39,654 nt of DNA from the IMG/VR virus record IMGVR_UViG_3300012346_000513, positions 1 to 39,654 of that record; one strand, 5' to 3'. Of the stretch, positions 36,127 through 39,654 are shown in pieces; the first letter of the stretch is position 1, and every line of letters starts with the position of its first letter. The notes below the pieces were generated by a model that made no database searches, was not told the origin of the DNA, and was given only the letters and a program-made list of their open reading frames with translations. The translations under genes and the position numbers were made by a program. The stretch is from a virus. Taxonomy: Duplodnaviria; Caudoviricetes.

Positions 36127-36197
36127 TTAGTAGCTGCTACATAGTGGCTACTATAAAATTCCTATGCTATATAGCAATTATACAGGAGTAACGACAT

Positions 36198-37346
36198 ATG
36201 TCAACAGTTAAATTGAAGAGAAGTGCAACTGCGAACAAAGTTCCGTTGACCACTGATCTTGAACTAGGTGAACTCGCCATCAACACAAATGATGGTAAGT
36301 TGTTCCTCAAGCGAAACAATGGTGCAGATTCTATTCGCGAGATTGGTGCAGTCACTGTCGAAAAGAACGGCACTGCAGTTGGAACCCGCAGAAACATTAA
36401 CTTCATTGAAGGTACGAACATTACTCTTACCATTGCAGACGACTCTGCAAACGATGAAGTTGACGTCACAATCACTGCTGCAGGCGGTGGAGGTGGTGGA
36501 ACACTTGACTCACTTACTGATGTAGTTATTACTACTCCATCAACCGGCCAGGTCCTCAAGTATAACGGTACGAGTTGGATCAATGACACTGACGCTACTG
36601 GTGGCGGTGGAGGTGGTTTGACTTGGTCGCGAAAGACTGCTAACTATACTGCAGTCAATGGTGACGCTATCATTGCCGATACATCTGGTGGCACATTCAC
36701 TATTACGCTTCCTGCAACTCCAGCGACTGGTACGTACATTAAGCTCGTAGATGGAGCTAACTGGGGTACGACAAACCTAACTGTCGCACGAAATGCTTCT
36801 ACGATTGAAGGCCTTGCTGAAAACCTCATCGTTAACGTAGGCGGAATCTTTCTCGACCTAGTATATGATGGCACTACATGGGAAGTCAAACATAACCTTC
36901 GTCCAGATTATCCTATTGGCGGTGATTACATTCCAATCACTGGTGGTACATATAGTGGCGCGGTAACGGTTAACTCGACTCTAACAGTCACTTCTGCATT
37001 AACTGCTAGTTCATCACTTAAAGCAGCACGATACGATGAAACGTTTGTAGCAAATGGTACTACTGCAACGCTCAACTGCTCTGCTGCGAATGCTTTCTCA
37101 TCAACGCCATCGGGAAACATTACGTACGTATTCTCTAACCCTCCGACAACTGGCACTGCGTATTCGTTCACGCTAAAGGTGACTCCATCAGCAACCATGA
37201 CTATCACTTGGCCAACATCAGTTGACTGGGCGGGCGGTACTGCTCCTACGTCACCAGCGTCTGGTGCAACTAACATCTATGCTTTCTTTACCCATGATGG
37301 CGGTACTACTTGGTATGGATTCCTGTCCGGAGCAGCGATGGCATGA
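36198..37346 (+). CDS. Tail fibre / distal fibre protein (382 aa)
   Basis: N-terminal VKLKRS----VP---L--GELAINT-DGKLF; LTDV-I--P--GQVL-YNGT-W repeat; DTSGG-FTITLPA-P; C-terminal ITWP-SV-W-GG-AP...DGGTTWYG. Confidence 0.8.
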   Translation: MSTVKLKRSATANKVPLTTDLELGELAINTNDGKLFLKRNNGADSIREIGAVTVEKNGTAVGTRRNINFIEGTNITLTIADDSANDEVDVTITAAGGGGGGTLDSLTDVVITTPSTGQVLKYNGTSWINDTDATGGGGGGLTWSRKTANYTAVNGDAIIADTSGGTFTITLPATPATGTYIKLVDGANWGTTNLTVARNASTIEGLAENLIVNVGGIFLDLVYDGTTWEVKHNLRPDYPIGGDYIPITGGTYSGAVTVNSTLTVTSALTASSSLKAARYDETFVANGTTATLNCSAANAFSSTPSGNITYVFSNPPTTGTAYSFTLKVTPSATMTITWPTSVDWAGGTAPTSPASGATNIYAFFTHDGGTTWYGFLSGAAMA

Positions 37347-38623
37347 GTAACCGTATTATTATGGCTGCGGCTGGTGTTAGCACCGGCCCTAGTGTATCAG
37401 CACAAAGATTTATAACTCGGTTGGAACCTGCTTCAGCGAGTTTTTTTACTTCGCCATCTATTGCAATTAATCCGACTACAAAGGAAGTGTATTTAGGATT
37501 TGGCACTAACGTGAGTAAATACAATGCCGATGGTACATTAATTTGGCAAAGAACGCTTACGTACGCTTCGAATGCCATTGGTATTAGAGGTATATGTGTG
37601 TTACAGAATAACAATGTTGTTGTTACTGCAACGGGCAATTCATTTTCAATGAATTCAATAATTAAACTTAATCCAGATGGCACGTTGATTAGTGCGTTTC
37701 TTTATAGCACCGGCACTGACGTGTGTATTGCTGAAGGAACTATAGCTTTAAGTGATGGTTCATACTTAGTGAACTATGAAAATGGTGGGTCTACATTCCC
37801 ATCATTCGCCAACATAACAAAATACTCTTCGTCACATGTTCATCAATGGACTGGAAACGTAATAGATCCGGCTGAAACTATATCATATGTAGCTGAAGCC
37901 GTGACGGTCGACCCAAGCGGTAGCATTTATATGCTTGTTGGCAAAAACACAACTTCAAATAACATATTTAAGTTAAATGCTGACGGAACACAGGCTTGGC
38001 AAAGATCTTTTAGTGGATACACTGGTCTCGTGCGTGGTATTGGCAGTTCATCAGATAGTGTATATGTTTTTGGTAATGATCAGACAAATGGTAGATTCAA
38101 TCTTACTAAATTAGTCGGATCTACGGGTGCGGTATCTTGGGAAAGATCAATAACAGTATCTGGTACACGTATTCCAGGTCGGATACAAGTGGGATCAGAT
38201 GGTGCGATCTATTGTTCCTGCACTATTAACGCCGGTAGCATAGGTTCGGAAGACCTCGTGATTTACAAATTCGATGCATCGGGAAATAGTGTTTGGCAGA
38301 GAATTTTTGGTACTGTTGATGACGATGCTCTGGGAAACCCACGCAACATTCTACTTGATGGGTTAGGTAATTATTACATTTGTGGTGATGCCGCAACTAG
38401 TTCGAGAGTGTATGTAGCAAGACTTCCAACGGATGGCACACTTACCGGTACCTATGCCCCTTTCACATACTCAAGTGTTACACACACAGTTTCAACAACC
38501 ACCACAGTAACAACCGCAACTTCGACTGAAAGCTATTCATCAGGTACTACTTCTTTACCTACAACTACACAAACGATCACAACACCTACAACGTCGTTTA
38601 CCGCGACAAGAACATTACTATAA
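37343..38623 (+). CDS. Beta-propeller protein, putative receptor-binding subunit
   Basis: Repeated KY/L---G---WQR/WER blades and D--G-IY units; Thr-rich tail. Start refined to the ATGA overlap at 37343 (MSNRIIMAAAG). Confidence 0.7.
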   Translation: MSNRIIMAAAGVSTGPSVSAQRFITRLEPASASFFTSPSIAINPTTKEVYLGFGTNVSKYNADGTLIWQRTLTYASNAIGIRGICVLQNNNVVVTATGNSFSMNSIIKLNPDGTLISAFLYSTGTDVCIAEGTIALSDGSYLVNYENGGSTFPSFANITKYSSSHVHQWTGNVIDPAETISYVAEAVTVDPSGSIYMLVGKNTTSNNIFKLNADGTQAWQRSFSGYTGLVRGIGSSSDSVYVFGNDQTNGRFNLTKLVGSTGAVSWERSITVSGTRIPGRIQVGSDGAIYCSCTINAGSIGSEDLVIYKFDASGNSVWQRIFGTVDDDALGNPRNILLDGLGNYYICGDAATSSRVYVARLPTDGTLTGTYAPFTYSSVTHTVSTTTTVTTATSTESYSSGTTSLPTTTQTITTPTTSFTATRTLL

Positions 38624-38633
38624 GGATTGAATA

Positions 38634-39101
38634 ATGTACATCAGAATAGCAGATACAACAATCTTTCCATATGATCCAAACCAATTGAAGCGTGACTATC
38701 CTAATGTAAGCTTCCCAGTACAATTCACTGAAGAGATTCTGAAACAATATGGAGTTTTTAGAGTTCAATACGAAGAAGCACCAGCGGTAGATGAAAGAAC
38801 ACAACGCATTCAGTATGAAGAAACACCTACGTACGTAAACGATTCTTGGGTAATTAGATGCTTAGTTGTTGAAAAGGATCAAGCAAGCATTGACGCGTAT
38901 GATGCATATATATCTAGTACAGTAAAGGTAAAGCGTGATAAGCTTTTAACTGAAAGCGATTGGGTGACGATAAAGGCTATTGATCGTAATGAATCAATTC
39001 CAGATGCATGGAAAACTTATCGTCAAGAGCTTAGAGATATTACATCGCAGATAGGCTTTCCTCATAAAGTAGTGTGGCCAACTCAACCAGGAGTTAAATA
39101 A
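38634..39101 (+). CDS. Tail fibre assembly chaperone-like protein
   Basis: L--DYPNVSFP at the N-terminus and C-terminal RD-LL-ESDW...W--YRQ-LRDIT-Q-GFP--V-WP--P; AAGGA RBS. Confidence 0.8.
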   Translation: MYIRIADTTIFPYDPNQLKRDYPNVSFPVQFTEEILKQYGVFRVQYEEAPAVDERTQRIQYEETPTYVNDSWVIRCLVVEKDQASIDAYDAYISSTVKVKRDKLLTESDWVTIKAIDRNESIPDAWKTYRQELRDITSQIGFPHKVVWPTQPGVK

Positions 39102-39406
39102 TGGTAGATTTAACAACACTTATTTCAGGCGGTATTACTAACTTACCTCAAGTTGGTACTGGTCTTGACGGACTAAATGATGTAGTTTTAGAAAACACTA
39201 CAGCATTAGCAGGTGGTGATGTGTTATGGTATAATGGTACCGAATGGGAAAATAATGCAGAAATTGCGTTTTATTTAGCACTGCATGTTGATAACCTTGC
39301 TCCATTATCAAGACAATCGAACACGTCTGCAATCGTTGCAATGTCTGTAGGAACTACTGCACCTACTTCACCAGCAGTCGGTGATCTTTGGGTTGATACG
39401 AACTAA
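39101..39406 (+). CDS. Small fibre-associated protein
   Basis: 101 aa; L--LNDV------GDVL-YNGT-W repeat unit and terminal VGTTAP-SP-VGDLWVDT motif. Confidence 0.7.
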   Translation: MVDLTTLISGGITNLPQVGTGLDGLNDVVLENTTALAGGDVLWYNGTEWENNAEIAFYLALHVDNLAPLSRQSNTSAIVAMSVGTTAPTSPAVGDLWVDTN

Positions 39407-39417
39407 AGGAATTAATT

Positions 39418-39654
39418 ATGACAATCGACACAATCCTTAAATTAGAAACTGGTTTAGATTCTCAATTTATTCGCCTCATTGGCAATAAAACCAGTGTTGC
39501 AAACATGACTGCCGGTCAATTTGCGTCATTGTGGAGATCAACTGGGGTACCGGCACAAGGTGCAATTCCTACGACTGGCGCCGTCGTTAATAACTCTATA
39601 ACCGGTGCACACGGTTATCTCGATGCGGTTGGTACACAAGAAGTATATATTGGT
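39418..39654 (+). CDS. Hypothetical protein, 5' part (runs off the window)
   Basis: AAGGA RBS, ATG 39418, open for 79 codons: MTIDTILKLETGLDSQFIRLIGNKTSVANMTAGQFASLWRSTGVPAQGAIPTTG... Confidence 0.7.
   Translation, partial: MTIDTILKLETGLDSQFIRLIGNKTSVANMTAGQFASLWRSTGVPAQGAIPTTGAVVNNSITGAHGYLDAVGTQEVYIG

Noticed and set aside
1-39654. Alternative genetic code, introns/inteins, tRNAs
   Set aside because: Standard-code ORFs tile the window at full expected lengths, no conserved gene appears interrupted, and no gap shows a tRNA-like cloverleaf.

Overview
This window is the late, virion-structural region of a T4-like myophage. It has the gene complement and order seen in cyanophage/alphaproteobacterial T4-like relatives rather than in T4 itself. 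A short leftward operon (gp4, gp2, gp54-like tube initiator, gp26, an unlisted 53-aa gp51-like gene, putative tape measure) diverges from a long rightward operon. The rightward operon runs gp48, gp53, hub, gp5 with a lambda-type muramidase, an M15-peptidase protein, gp25, gp6, gp7, an inserted lectin-like protein, gp8, VrlC-like protein, then a tail-fibre/adhesin cluster that continues off the right edge. T4 late promoters (TATAAATA) are present. The most striking signal is a complete -1 programmed ribosomal frameshift cassette (U7 heptamer, 6-nt spacer, perfect 9-bp hairpin) that would fuse gp26 to gp51 directly upstream of the tape-measure gene, mirroring lambda V-G-GT-H. Other notable features are a dyad element combining promoters and RBSs for both operons, an RBS-occluding hairpin overlapping a late promoter's predicted start site, two distinct cell-wall hydrolases next to the spike, and repeated C-terminal/N-terminal motif pairs suggesting daisy-chained fibre assembly. 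All family calls come from motif recognition and synteny; no database search was run.
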